From NCBI GenBank assembly GCA_951406725.2, contig OX597816.1:49786001-49850000 (forward strand): a stretch of 64,000 bases of DNA, written 5' to 3'. Source of the DNA: Octopus vulgaris (lineage: Eukaryota). A model generated the notes under the pieces. The model did not search any database. It saw only the letters and a list, made by a program, of their open reading frames with translations, and had not been told where the DNA came from. The position numbers and the translations under genes are program-made. Positions 1 to 27,130 of the stretch are shown here, piece after piece; position 1 is the stretch's first letter; each line of letters begins with the position of its first letter.

Positions 1-359
1 AACTAGGACCACAATTACTACTAGTCCTGCAACATGCTGAATTTAACAACACAACACATCATGCTCTTAATCCCATTGGATCTTAACACCTCAGGTAATA
101 AACAACCATAAAACTCAAGATACACAACGAACTCACAATGTATCGGAGAATTATTTTTAATTTTTGTACATTTTTATCATTATTCTTTTACAAATAATGC
201 AATTTTCTTTTTTCCCTTTCTAATTTTTAAAAAAACTTCTTACATAAATATTCTTGACAAGTCATACAATAAAACCGGTTGAATATAATATATATTTATA
301 TATTTTATCATTTTCTCATATATATATTAAAATTTTCTTTCATTTGAGCATTCTGCATA

Positions 360-5090
<4,731 letters not shown>

Positions 5091-5199
5091 ACAGTCTATA
5101 TAAACATGGTCACATTAACATAGTCTGACATATGTCACACACAAGATCCACACATATTTACACAAGTAATACATTTATATATATATAGCATATACCTTA

Positions 5200-6300
5200 T
5201 TACCTCAAAAGCAACATATTCCTACAACTGTGTATAGGATGTATCATATAAATGCTATGTACATATAATATACCATCACCGAACGTCTTATCCTACACGT
5301 AAGACCTTTTCGACATCCATATATATAAAAAATATATACGTCAGCATAGTACATCTGAAATAAGTGACCTATTTATATATATAGGCTGAAGATATTCACA
5401 CCCATGGTCTTTTATATTTTCGTACATAAACACAGGACCACATAGAAAAATCTTTACACCTTCTTTAAAAACTTACCTTAGGATTACCTAGAATCCAACA
5501 CATACAAATAATATACGTATACTTAAAAACCTCACTTTATTATACACATAACCAAATGAATCCTTAGATATATAGACATAATTCCAACCAAAAAATATAT
5601 TAGATAATATACATCTCAATTATACTAGCCTGTAGGATAGATATCTTTAAGGCCGCAGCCCCCTATTACAACTATACAGTGGTTAAAGATAAGATGTAGT
5701 ACAACATGATGACAGACACATTAGCTGGTACAACCCCTTCAACCGTGAGGTCGCTACACCTGTAATAAAATTCACTCTCCTACAGAAACACTTCCCCAAC
5801 ATAAGTATACACATACAAATAAGAACACTATTAGATCCTACTCTACCACGCCCAATAGCCAGGAACCTAGCCAACAACAATGTGAAAAAACTTAATATAT
5901 CTACTTTTCCGATAACGTATACAATTGCAACTGCCCTATAAAACCACCTGTACAACAACTGCCTACAGAGGACCTATATATACATGCGAGGTAAGATCAT
6001 ATATAAAAGATCCACATATACGTCAAACAGCTTTAAGACCCGCGTACGCCCACACACTCGTTCGGCGACCGGATAAATCCAACCAAACTACCTCGCCGCC
6101 CACATCTGGTACCTTAAAAGGAACTCAATCCCCTTCAAGACCAAGTGGAAACTACAAGGCGCGTTGTACACAGGAGGACATAGTGACCTATGCATATCAG
6201 AGAGCCTAGAGATCTTGTTCGCCAAAGGCCCTCTCCTTAACAAATTTTCATATAACACTCCCAAATTGCATGCATAAGAATTATGCGAACTACAAGAACC
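5200..6300 (+). pseudogene. Decayed Penelope-like retroelement ORF (RT thumb/linker + GIY-YIG endonuclease), probably Naiad-like
   Basis: Hand translation across frameshifts gives PNESLRYID..SN (about 5550-5590), RHISWYNP.FNREVATPV..LLQKHFP..NKNTIR.SYSTTPN (about 5714-5856), CNCPIK.TC..NNCLQ..IYTCEV (about 5926-5993), SFKTR, AAHIWYLKRNSIPFKTKWK, DLCISESLEILF..LLNK and CMHKN. These match the WxNPP..CxC..CxxC..CxH signature of PLE linker/endonuclease domains. Confidence 0.8.
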
Positions 6301-6399
6301 TACCCCGGCAACCTGATTGATGACAACCCCACCACAACCCCCCAACCCCACTGTTCCCCTAGCACCCCCGATTACCTTTTCTCCTAAGACCTTTCACAT

Positions 6400-6885
6400 A
6401 TTGTATGTGCACGCTTGTATATGTGTATCGTATGTATGTATATATGTATAGAAATGCATGGGTACAGTAGGAATATACGCATGTATTATGTGTGTGTGTG
6501 TATGTATGTGTATATATATGTGTATATATATTGTGTGTGTGTGTATATATATATATATATGTATGTGCTTGTATGTGTGTGTGTGTGTATGTATGTATAT
6601 ATGTATATGTGTATATATGTATATGCATACGTATGTGTATGTGTATGTGTATATGTATGTGTATGTATGTATAAAATATTATATAATTAGGGCTTAGGAA
6701 AATAAAATAAATTACTTTGCCACATACTGAACTTTCTAGAAATAGCAGCCAATAAAGTTTTTTAGCCATCTTCCACTACTTAGAGAATTTCTCTCTAACA
6801 TTGTTTACTCAAAATAATAATGGTCCCTTTACATACTGAATACTTGATGAAATTGATTAATAACTAATTAACTTTACCCTCTTGT

Positions 6886-6925
<40 letters not shown>

Positions 6926-7108
6926 ATGTGTGTGTGTATATATGTGTGTGTATATATATATGTGTATATATATATATATATGTACATGTATGTGTATGTA
7001 TATATATGTATATATGTATGTGTATGTATGTATATATATGTATGTATATGTGTATGTATGTATGTATGTATGTATGTATGTGTATGTGTGTATATATATG
7101 TGTATATG

Positions 7109-7141
<33 letters not shown>

Positions 7142-7178
7142 ATATATGTATATGTGTATGTAGTTATATGTATGTATG

Positions 7179-7213
<35 letters not shown>

Positions 7214-8257
7214 GTGTGTATGTATATATACATGTGTGTGTGTATGTGTGTATATGTATGTATATATGTATATATGTGTGTGTGTATATGTATATATGTA
7301 TATATATGTGATATATGTAGTGTGTATATATATGTGTATGTATATGTGTGTGTGTATATGTATGTATGTGTGTGTGTATGTATGTGTATGTGTGTATATA
7401 TGTATGTGTATATGTGTGTGTATGTATATGTATGTATGTATGTATGCACACATGTGTATATGTATGTGTATATATGATATATATGTGTGTATGTATGTAT
7501 GTATGTGTGTATATATATATGTGTGTATGTGTATGTATATATATGTATATGTGTATATGTATATGTATGTGTATGTATATGTGTGTGTGTATGTATATGT
7601 ATGTGTGTGTGTGTGTGTGTGTACATATATGTGTGTATATGTATGTGTGTATGTATATGTACATATGTATGTAAGTATGTATATCTATATGTATATATAT
7701 ATGTATACATATATATATGTATATATGTGCATATAGTTTATATGTAGTGCGTATCCGTCTGTATAATGGTAACTACACGTATATGTATGTATGCATGTAA
7801 TATGTGTATGTATATATATGTGTGTAAGTGATATGCATGTATGTATATGTAACATAAGGAGGCGCGTGTGTGTGTGTATGTGTATAGCATATGTATAGAT
7901 ATATGTATACTTTGATGCATGTGTGTACTTATGTGTATATATGGATGCGCGTGTGTGTGTGCACGTGTATGGGTACGCACATGTATATGTGTATGTGTGT
8001 GTATGCGTATTTGTGTATGTATGTATGTGTGTGCGTATATATGTATATGTATGTATGTACATGTATGTATGTGTATATATGTATATATATATATGTATAT
8101 ATATAGATGGGTATGTATATATATATATATGTATGTAAGTATGTGTATGTATGGATGTATGTGTATGTATGCGCGTATATGTATGTATATGTGTGGGTAT
8201 GTGTGTATGTGTATATATGTATGTATGTATGGGTGTATGTATGTATGTATATATACG

Positions 8258-8294
<37 letters not shown>

Positions 8295-8704
8295 TTGTAT
8301 GTAGGTGTATATGTATGTGTGTATATATATTTATTGGTGTATATGTATGGACTAGTCTTCTAAGCGTGTAGACATGAATCTGTAGGTACGCGTACGTATG
8401 TGTATATATGTGAATGTATGTAGATGTATGTATGTATGAATATAACGCGTGCGTGCGTGTATGTGTATGAGTGTACGAATGAGTGAGTGTGCGTGCTAAT
8501 GAGTGTGCGTGCGTGAGTGAGTGCTTGTGTTCAAGTAGAAAGATAAATGGACTTGCTGTCGTAGCCAAGATGCTTGTGACCTGCGGTCAAAGATAACAAA
8601 AGTAATAAATGAAGATAATAATAAAATTAAAATTAGGGAATGGGTTTGTATTTGTATGTATATGTGTGTGTATGTGTAGGTATGTATAGGAACACATATG
8701 CCTG

Positions 8705-8737
<33 letters not shown>

Positions 8738-8892
8738 GTATATATATATGTATATATGTGTATATAGGGACTTATGTGTGTATGTGGATATGTGTGTATG
8801 TTTATGTGTGTATGTATATATTTTTGTGTGTACATGTATGTGTGGTCGTGTGTGTATATATACATGTGTGTGTGTATATATATGTATGCATA

Positions 8893-8933
<41 letters not shown>

Positions 8934-9030
8934 GTTTGTATATGTATATGTATATCCCAATGTGTGTATGTATATGTGTGTGTGTGTCGTGGGTATATAT
9001 ATATACATATGTGTATACATGTATAAGTGA
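6400..9030. repeat. Compound (TATG)n/(TG)n/(TA)n microsatellite tract
   Basis: Seen directly, with short unique islands at about 6690-6880 and 8530-8640. Confidence 0.9.
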
Positions 9031-9223
9031 TGAATCGTGCATCTTCTATGGGAGTGAGTTTTTTTATTCTTTTATTTATTCTTTTATCTAATTTACCACG
9101 TGACTCCTTGACCACTCCCCAAGTATGATATTTTTGCGCTATGCCTACCCCAAAAAAGGTCCCCCACCACCACCCCTTTAAACCTGCCTAAATGTATAAA
9201 TGCCAATACAATTCTTGTTAACT

Positions 9224-9274
9224 AGCTTCCTGAAGATTTCTCTTGAATGAAACAGTTCTAGTCCTGTAGAAGCT
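9224..9274 (+). ncRNA. Type I hammerhead ribozyme (Penelope-type)
   Basis: Stem I AGCTTC(9224-29)/GAAGCT(9269-74). Core CTGAAGA(9230-36). Stem II T-TTC-tctt-GAA-T. GAAA at 9249-52. Stem III CAG-ttctagtc-CTG. Cleavage triplet GTA, cutting after 9268. Confidence 0.85.
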
Positions 9275-9285
9275 CCTTCTATATA

Positions 9286-9385
9286 NNNNNNNNNNNNNNN
9301 NNNNNNNNNNNNNNNNNNNNNNNNNNNNNNNNNNNNNNNNNNNNNNNNNNNNNNNNNNNNNNNNNNNNNNNNNNNNNNNNNNNNN
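9286..9385. other. Assembly gap (100 N)
   Basis: Run of N. Confidence 1.
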
Positions 9386-10040
9386 AAACGGTAGATGAAA
9401 CGGTGCATCGTCTAAGAAATTACAGGGTAAAAGTTTTTCAATTTTCTCTGGTTTACGGTATTAATGTTATTTTGCGGTTAAAGCTTTTGGCTGTTATTTC
9501 TAGTGGGTGAACGGCCTATTATGGCCGTTCCTTGATTGTGATGTTGAACGTAAAAATGGTTTATGACTATTTAATTTTTTTCCCACTAGGCCGCTGGAGG
9601 CAAAAGAATTCTACAAAATTTTTTTTGCCACCCTATATTGATTAATTATGAATTTTCTGGTTAGTTCCGTAAGGGAATCGGTAGCTTATATTTATTTGCT
9701 GCCGATAAATTTGGCGCGAGTGCGACGATTTGAAAATTTTAGGTCAGATATTGCCGAGGTAGCAAGAGGAATGCCTCGTGAAAAATATCTGTTCATCTTG
9801 GCTATTTCTTACTGATGAGTCTAAGGGCCTATGGTGGATTGGCTTGATTTAATTTAATCAGGTTAGTTTACCATTAAACGGTAGATGAAACGGTGCATCG
9901 TCTAAGAAATTACAGGGTAAAAGTTTTTCAATTTTCTCCTGGTTTACGGCATTAATGTTATTTTGCGGTTAAAGCTTTTGGCTGTTATTTCTAGTGGGTG
10001 AATGGCCTATTATGGCCGTTCCTTGATTGTTGATGTTGAA
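9386..10040 (+). repeat. Direct tandem repeat, period 490 bp (1.3 copies visible), hammerhead-containing pLTR/retrozyme-like unit
   Basis: AAACGGTAGATGAAACGGTGCATCGTCTAAGAAATTACAGGG... starts at 9386 and again at 9876. The copies are near-identical for about 165 bp until (TA)n begins. Confidence 0.9.
9804..9910 (+). ncRNA. Type I hammerhead ribozyme with extended stem II
   Basis: Stem I ATTTCTTA(9804-11)/TAAGAAAT(9903-10). Core CTGATGA(9812-18). Stem II GTCTA(9819-23)/TAGAT(9882-86) encloses a 19-bp hairpin. GAAA at 9887-90. Near-palindromic stem III CGGTGCATCG. GTC cleavage site, cutting after 9902. The 3' half of a second copy lies at 9386-9420. Confidence 0.9.
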
Positions 10041-10049
10041 TATTAAATA

Positions 10050-11311
<1,262 letters not shown>

Positions 11312-11339
11312 AATATATATTTATATATATATACATATT

Positions 11340-15705
<4,366 letters not shown>

Positions 15706-16545
15706 TTAAATCTTCCAATCTTTAAATTGTTTCAGTTTCAAAAGACCACAATTTTTAGCCTCCTTTTGTATGTAGCATTTGATGGATGAGGGAGATTGAT
15801 GATACTGCCCGCCTCTGTGTTTCCATTCGTGAGGTAGGCTCGTCTGGAACCCTCGATAAATAGAGAAGTTTCGTTTTCAAGTCCCCACCATCCACACTAT
15901 GCAGATCGCTTAGGCATTTTGGAAGTATATTGGAGAACTGTGGGCCCTTTAAAACCAAACTGTTGCAATATCTGGTCCTGTATATTGATGAGAATGCTGG
16001 GATCATTTCCTGTATGCAGTGATAGCCTGTTCTGCTATGAGTGCAACTTCCAATTCTAAAGAATGGTACAAGGCCCTCGAGGATTTTCCAGATGCATATC
16101 ACAGCATATCTTACCCGCCTACGTTCTAGGGAGAAGCGTTTTAATACTTTCATTCATTCCCTGTAGCTGATATTTTGCATTGGGAGGATTTTCTTTGTGT
16201 AGGTTAGTTGGATTGCTTCTGGTTCCGCTATTAATTTTATATTGTGAGGTGACAATAGTTAGGAGTAGTAGTCCAAAAGTCTGAGGACGTGTGCCCTCCA
16301 AAGGACCATCATTGCCTACCTTTCTCTTGTTTTGAAGGTTCGAAGAACACCCAGGTGTCTTCATTTTATTTCCAAATTGGTAAAATGCACTTGAAAAGAT
16401 ACATCATTGTCCACGGCAATACACAGGTCATGCACTGATTTTGATTCAGTGATTGCAATTCCTCCCAGGCCAGTGTATACTGTCTGCATGTTCAACTTTG
16501 TGTGCTGGCAGCACAGGGCTTGGAATTTTCCTGCAATAAACTGCA
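15706..16545 (-). mobile_element. Older, diverged 5'-truncated family-A-related LINE (copy D)
   Basis: Translates as [29 protein letters not shown] and [39 protein letters not shown], homologous to family A. It ends in CTGAAAC plus a short tail. Both ends lie in TA arrays. Confidence 0.9.
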
Positions 16546-16574
16546 TATATATATATATATATGTATATACATAT

Positions 16575-16621
<47 letters not shown>

Positions 16622-16700
16622 CATATAAACATACATATATATATATATATATGTATATACATATAAACATACATATATATATATATATGTATATACATAT

Positions 16701-16840
<140 letters not shown>

Positions 16841-16882
16841 GTATATACATATATACATACATATATATATATATATACATAT

Positions 16883-16933
<51 letters not shown>

Positions 16934-16952
16934 CATATATACATACATATAT

Positions 16953-19900
16953 CAGCAAACAGACCCAGGATGGACACCACCGGCAACAACGTACACCTCA
17001 CCTCGATGCTCCTACTGAACATCAGAGGACTGCAAACACTCAGTAACAGGACAAAAATCCCGTTCCTGAGAGATTTTTTTTGCATGCAATCAAGCCTTAT
17101 GCATAGCACTAACGGAAACGCACCTGAAACCGGATATAGCAGATGCGGAGTTACACATACCACAGTATGCTGTACTACGGACCGACAGGAAAGAAAGGAG
17201 TCATGGAGGTGTTGCTATGTACATCCGTGAGGACCTCACACCCCAGGTCCTCTTGTCATACTCAAACTCGGTGTGTGACACACTAATTGTACATATTAGG
17301 CAACTTGATGTAGTTGTGTGTGCTACATACCGCCCTCCAGATGCCCCAAGCCATGTAGGCAAGTTTGAAGACTGCCTTATAAAAATAGAAGAAGTTCTAA
17401 CCACATTAGAACAACACATAAGTGTACTTCTTATGGGAGACTTCAATCTGCCCAATGTCAGATGGCCCGAGGGCCTTTCTCTCCCAGGAATGACAAGATG
17501 TGAACGAGGACAGGCGAGGTCCCTCCTGAACCTCATCAACACCCTGTACATGGAGCAGGTAATACTCCAACCAACCAGGGCAGGTAACACACTGGATCTC
17601 TGCTTCACAAATGACATGGATCTCATCCATAATGTGAAAGTGACACCGACACTACTCTCGGATCACAACATGATAGAGCTGACCATGTACGGGCCAAAAG
17701 AGAGCACGGACATGCAGCCTACAAGAAACCCCAGAATCTTTCCAGCTTGAACTACCATAAGGCAAACTGGAAACAAATTGAAAAGAGATCCTCAAACAAA
17801 ACTGGCCTAAATGTCTCTCCTCGCCAGACATCGAAGTGAAACTTCAACAATTCATGTCTGTAATGCAAGCCATATGCTACAAATATGTCCCAGAGAGAAA
17901 GGCCACTGTATACAAGAACAAAATCCCCAGAGAGAGGAAAATTCTAATGAGACGGCGTACAAAATTTTCAAATCGCCTAAACAAACAGATTGAAAGCAGT
18001 GAAAAGTCCCGCCTAAAAATAAAACTGTTGGAAATCGAAAAATGTCTGAAACTCTCCCATGAAAAGCAAAGAGCAGACAAAGAAGCCTGGGCTATAGACA
18101 ACATAAAATCTAACCCCAAAGCTTTCTACAGGTATGCCAAAGAAACGGCTACGGTGCACTGTAGAATAGGGCCACTCCTCGAAAAGGATGGCACACTTAC
18201 AGGAAAACCAATGAGGGTAAGTGAAATACTGAATGAGCAATTCAAGAGTGTTTTCACTCCACCCCTTGGGCATCTCCAAATCACCAATCCAACTGACTTT
18301 TTTACCACTGCAGATATAAAATCAGAGGCGGCGACGATAGATTACATCGATATAAAGGAAGACGATGTAATCAAGGCTATAGATGAAATGAAAACAGACT
18401 CAGCTACTGGCCCCGATGGATTCCCGGCAATCCTCCTAAAAGCATGTAAGAGAGTCCTAGCAAGACCACTGCAGTTCCTCTTTCAGAGCTTCCTTGCAGC
18501 TGGCAAACTTCCAAGAAAACTGAAGGAAGGTAAAATATGCCCCATTCATAAAGGAGTTAGCAGAGCGGAAGCCAAGAACTATAGACCTATCTCTCTGACC
18601 TCACACATCAGCAAGGTCATGGAACGAATAGTCAGAAGGAAGCTGATCACCTTCCTTGAAGAGAATGACTTGCTGCCCGACACCCATCATGGTTTCCGAC
18701 CAGGGAGAAGCTGTTTAACTCAGCTCCTACAACACTATGACTGGGTGCTGAAACGGCTGCTCAACCACTCAAATGTGGAAGTGATATATCTCGACTTTGC
18801 AAAGGCCTTTGATAAAGTCGATCATGGAATGATATGTCACCAACTGCGTGATCTCAACATAGTTGGAAAACTGGAAGAATGGCTTCATGACTTTCTGAAA
18901 GATAGAAGTCAGGTGGTAGTGGCCAATGGGGCCACTTCCATTAACAGGCAAATAGTGAGCGGTGTTCCGCAGGGCACTGTTCTGGGACCACTACTGTTCA
19001 TAATGGCCCTCTCAGACATGCCCTCAGCCACGCAGATAGCCACGATCACAAGTTATGCAGATGATACAAAAGTTTCACAGGCAATACAGAACCCTGAGGA
19101 CACTAAACACCTGCAATGTGAGCTAGACAAAATATACAAGTGTGCTGAAAAGAATAGCATGCAGTTCAATGCTGAAAGTTTCAAGCTTTATACTATCAGC
19201 ATGCAAAACTAAATGCAATACCCAATGAATACACTGGACCCGGAGGAATAGCAATCCCAGAGGCACAATCAGTGCGTGACCTAGGTATTTACATGAGTGA
19301 TGACGCGACCTTTCGTGTACATGTTGCTAAATTGGCAATGAAATGTAGACGACTGGCCGGATGGATCCTCAGAACCTTTAGAACAAGAGAACAAGAAACC
19401 ATGATGGTCCTCTGGAGGACACTTGTCCTAAGCCACTTTGACTATGCTCTCAGCTATGGTCACCATCCAGTGTCAAGTTGATCACAGAACTCGAGGCGAT
19501 CCAACGTAGCTACACGAAGAAGATAGCCTCTATGCAGAATGTAAGCTACTGGGAAAGACTCAGGAAATTAACATTATATTCCCTGGAGCGTAGGCGGGAA
19601 AGATATGCCATAATATACATCTGGAAGATCCTGGAGGGAAGTGTCCTGAACTTTGGCATCGATAGTTACGCAAATGCCAGAACTGGACGCCACTGCGTGG
19701 TGCCTAGGACTCCAAATTGCCATCAAGATGTAAGACAAGATTCTGTGATAGCCTGGGCTTCCGAGGCCCACAGCTCTTCAATATCCTCCCGAAGAACCTG
19801 AGAGACCTGCATGGGGTGGATACAGATGTCTTTAAAATGAAGCTGGATCTCTTCCTGTCAGGTGTCCCAGACGAAGCAACTTCACGGCAGGAGGGGCAGA

Positions 19901-20052
19901 TGAGGGCAGCTGCATCGAACTCTCTCATGCACCAAATAGCAGCTGCTAGAAAGCCTTCATGAAGTGAAACCAAGTAGCAACACCAAATGGCGGTGCCCCA
20001 GCATGGCCACAGCTCATAAGCTGAAACTGGAAAAATCAAAATCAAAAATCAA
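16953..20052 (+). mobile_element. Near-complete-ORF CR1/L2-group LINE, family A (copy E)
   Basis: EN motifs: LLNIRGL, ALTETHL, GGVAMYI, YRPP, MGDFNLP, LDLCF, SDHN. RT motifs: NYRPISLTS, HGFRPGRSC, YLDFAKAFD, GVPQGTVLGP, YADD. The 3' UTR is followed by an (AAAATC)-type tail. Both ends lie in TA arrays. Confidence 0.97.
16970..19962 (+). pseudogene. ORF2 (APE + RT, roughly 1000 aa if repaired), broken by several small indels
   Basis: ATG at 16970 ([21 protein letters not shown]). Pieces 17217-17750, 17836-19212, 19272-19481, 19478-19801 and 19717-19962 are collinear. Comparison with copy F shows 1-bp losses, e.g. GCTGAAAG vs GCTGGAAAG near 19173. Confidence 0.92.
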
Positions 20053-25451
<5,399 letters not shown>

Positions 25452-27072
25452 CACTGGCGAAAATTATTTTAAGACCAATGATAAAAGTTCTATTTCTTAC
25501 AAAATACTTTGTTACTAACACCATATAAATTATTTTTATTTTTACACCTTATGCAGAATTTATTTGTCTTTCGAATGATGCAGACAATAACTATTTTTAT
25601 ACAACTTGAATAATTCTAATGCTAAATTAATATAAACGTTTACCGGCAAAATTAGTTTAAGACCGTATCATTATAATTCTATTTAAAGCTTAAGATTGTA
25701 GCAAAAATTAGCAACAAGAATGAAATATATATTAGTACTTTGTGCCGTAGACTTTATTCTTAATAACGGGTGAACAACGCCTTGGCATTGAATTCGCTAA
25801 GTGTTTACAAAATTCTATGAGAATATTTTGCCATATTTTATTGGTATTATCGAATAATTGTTTTAGATTAGATGTTTTTTTTTTAGCATGGACTGTTTTG
25901 GAAACATAATTCTACAAGTTCTCGATCGGATTCATGTCCGGTCACTGGGAAGGCCACTCGATTACATCAATATTATGGTGATCAAAAAATTCCATAAACT
26001 TTTGTGCACACGACCATTATCCTGTGGATAAATAGCCCCCAGAGACATATGGTGCGTCAAATATGGCACATTATCCTTCAATAGATTCATATAACCTACA
26101 CTATTTTGCTTTCCATCAACTTTAACTAGAGGGCTGACACCAAAGCTACTAAATGCCGCCCACACTATCACACCCATACCCCCTGCTTTCACCGTCTTTT
26201 TCAGGCATTTAGGATGAAATTCCTCGGTTGTGAAACGCCTGACGTATGTTTTACTAACTGATCCAAATATACAGAAGCCTGACATGAAACTCCAAAGGGC
26301 CATGCACCAATCTCCGGCAGTCCATTGAACATGACGTTTTGCGAAATTAAGGCGTTTGAGTCGATTTATTTTGGATATTATTGGCTTTTTCCTAGCGATT
26401 TCTCCATGTAGTCCAAATTCTCTCAAACGGTTGCGGTTGGTTTATGGTGTAAAAATAACACCATTCTCGTTGGACAATTGGTTACAAATGTCAACGGCTG
26501 TCAGCATCTTGTTGCCTTCCGAAAGTCAGTGGATTCGACGTCCTTATGCGTCGTCGTTTTTCTTGGGGCGCCAGTCCTTTGCCGATCTTTATATTGACCA
26601 GTCTCCGAGTATAGCATCCACGTTTGCACGCAAGCCGTTTTACTGCACTTCAGTTGCTTGGTGATGTTCGAAAAGGAAACTTTTTGCTGGTGGAGTAAAA
26701 CGATTTTTGCTCTCGTGACTGGACTGAGGCTACGTTGTTTTCCCATTATTAATCAATTGTATAATAACGTCAAATTATAACACTATCTAATGCAGTTAGG
26801 CTAGTTGTGTGACCACCCATTTTGGCTAAAAAAATTGTTTACATTTTACATGGTCTTAAACTAACTTTGCCTGTAAATTTGAAACGGTTATATTAATTTA
26901 GCATTAGAATTCTTCAAGTTGTATCAAATTAGTTATTGTCTGCATCATTCGAAAGAGAAATAATTTCTGCATAAGGTGTAAAAGATAAACATAATTTGTA
27001 TGGTGTTCGTAACAAAATATTTTGTAAGAAATAGAACTTATATCATCGGTCTTAAACTTATTTTCGCCAGTG
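25452..27072 (-). mobile_element. Tc1-family DNA transposon, 1621 bp, IR/DR-type long TIRs, TA target duplication
   Basis: Termini are TA|CACTGGCGAAAAT...ATTTTCGCCAGTG|TA. TIRs of about 215-220 bp lie at 25452-25665 and 26851-27072. Each has outer and inner direct repeats (GGCGAAAATTATTTTAAGACC / GGCAAAATTAGTTTAAGACC). Confidence 0.95.
25732..26746 (-). pseudogene. Tc1 DDE transposase pseudogene
   Basis: The N-terminus MGKQRSLSPVTRAKIVLL is a paired-like HTH. Later motifs are ARKKP, RLNFAKRH, QDNGRVH, EWPSQ*PDMNPIEN and terminal TKY*. It has frameshifts and a stop, and the first catalytic motif is mutated (WSFMS). Confidence 0.92.
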
Positions 27073-27087
27073 TATACACGCCCCCCC

Positions 27088-27130
<43 letters not shown>

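Noticed and set aside
5926-6280. Possible selenocysteine (in-frame TGA) usage, as reported for some Naiad PLEs
   Set aside because: The recognisable Cys positions use TGC or TGT. I see no in-frame TGA at a conserved Cys, and the sequence is too damaged to argue otherwise.
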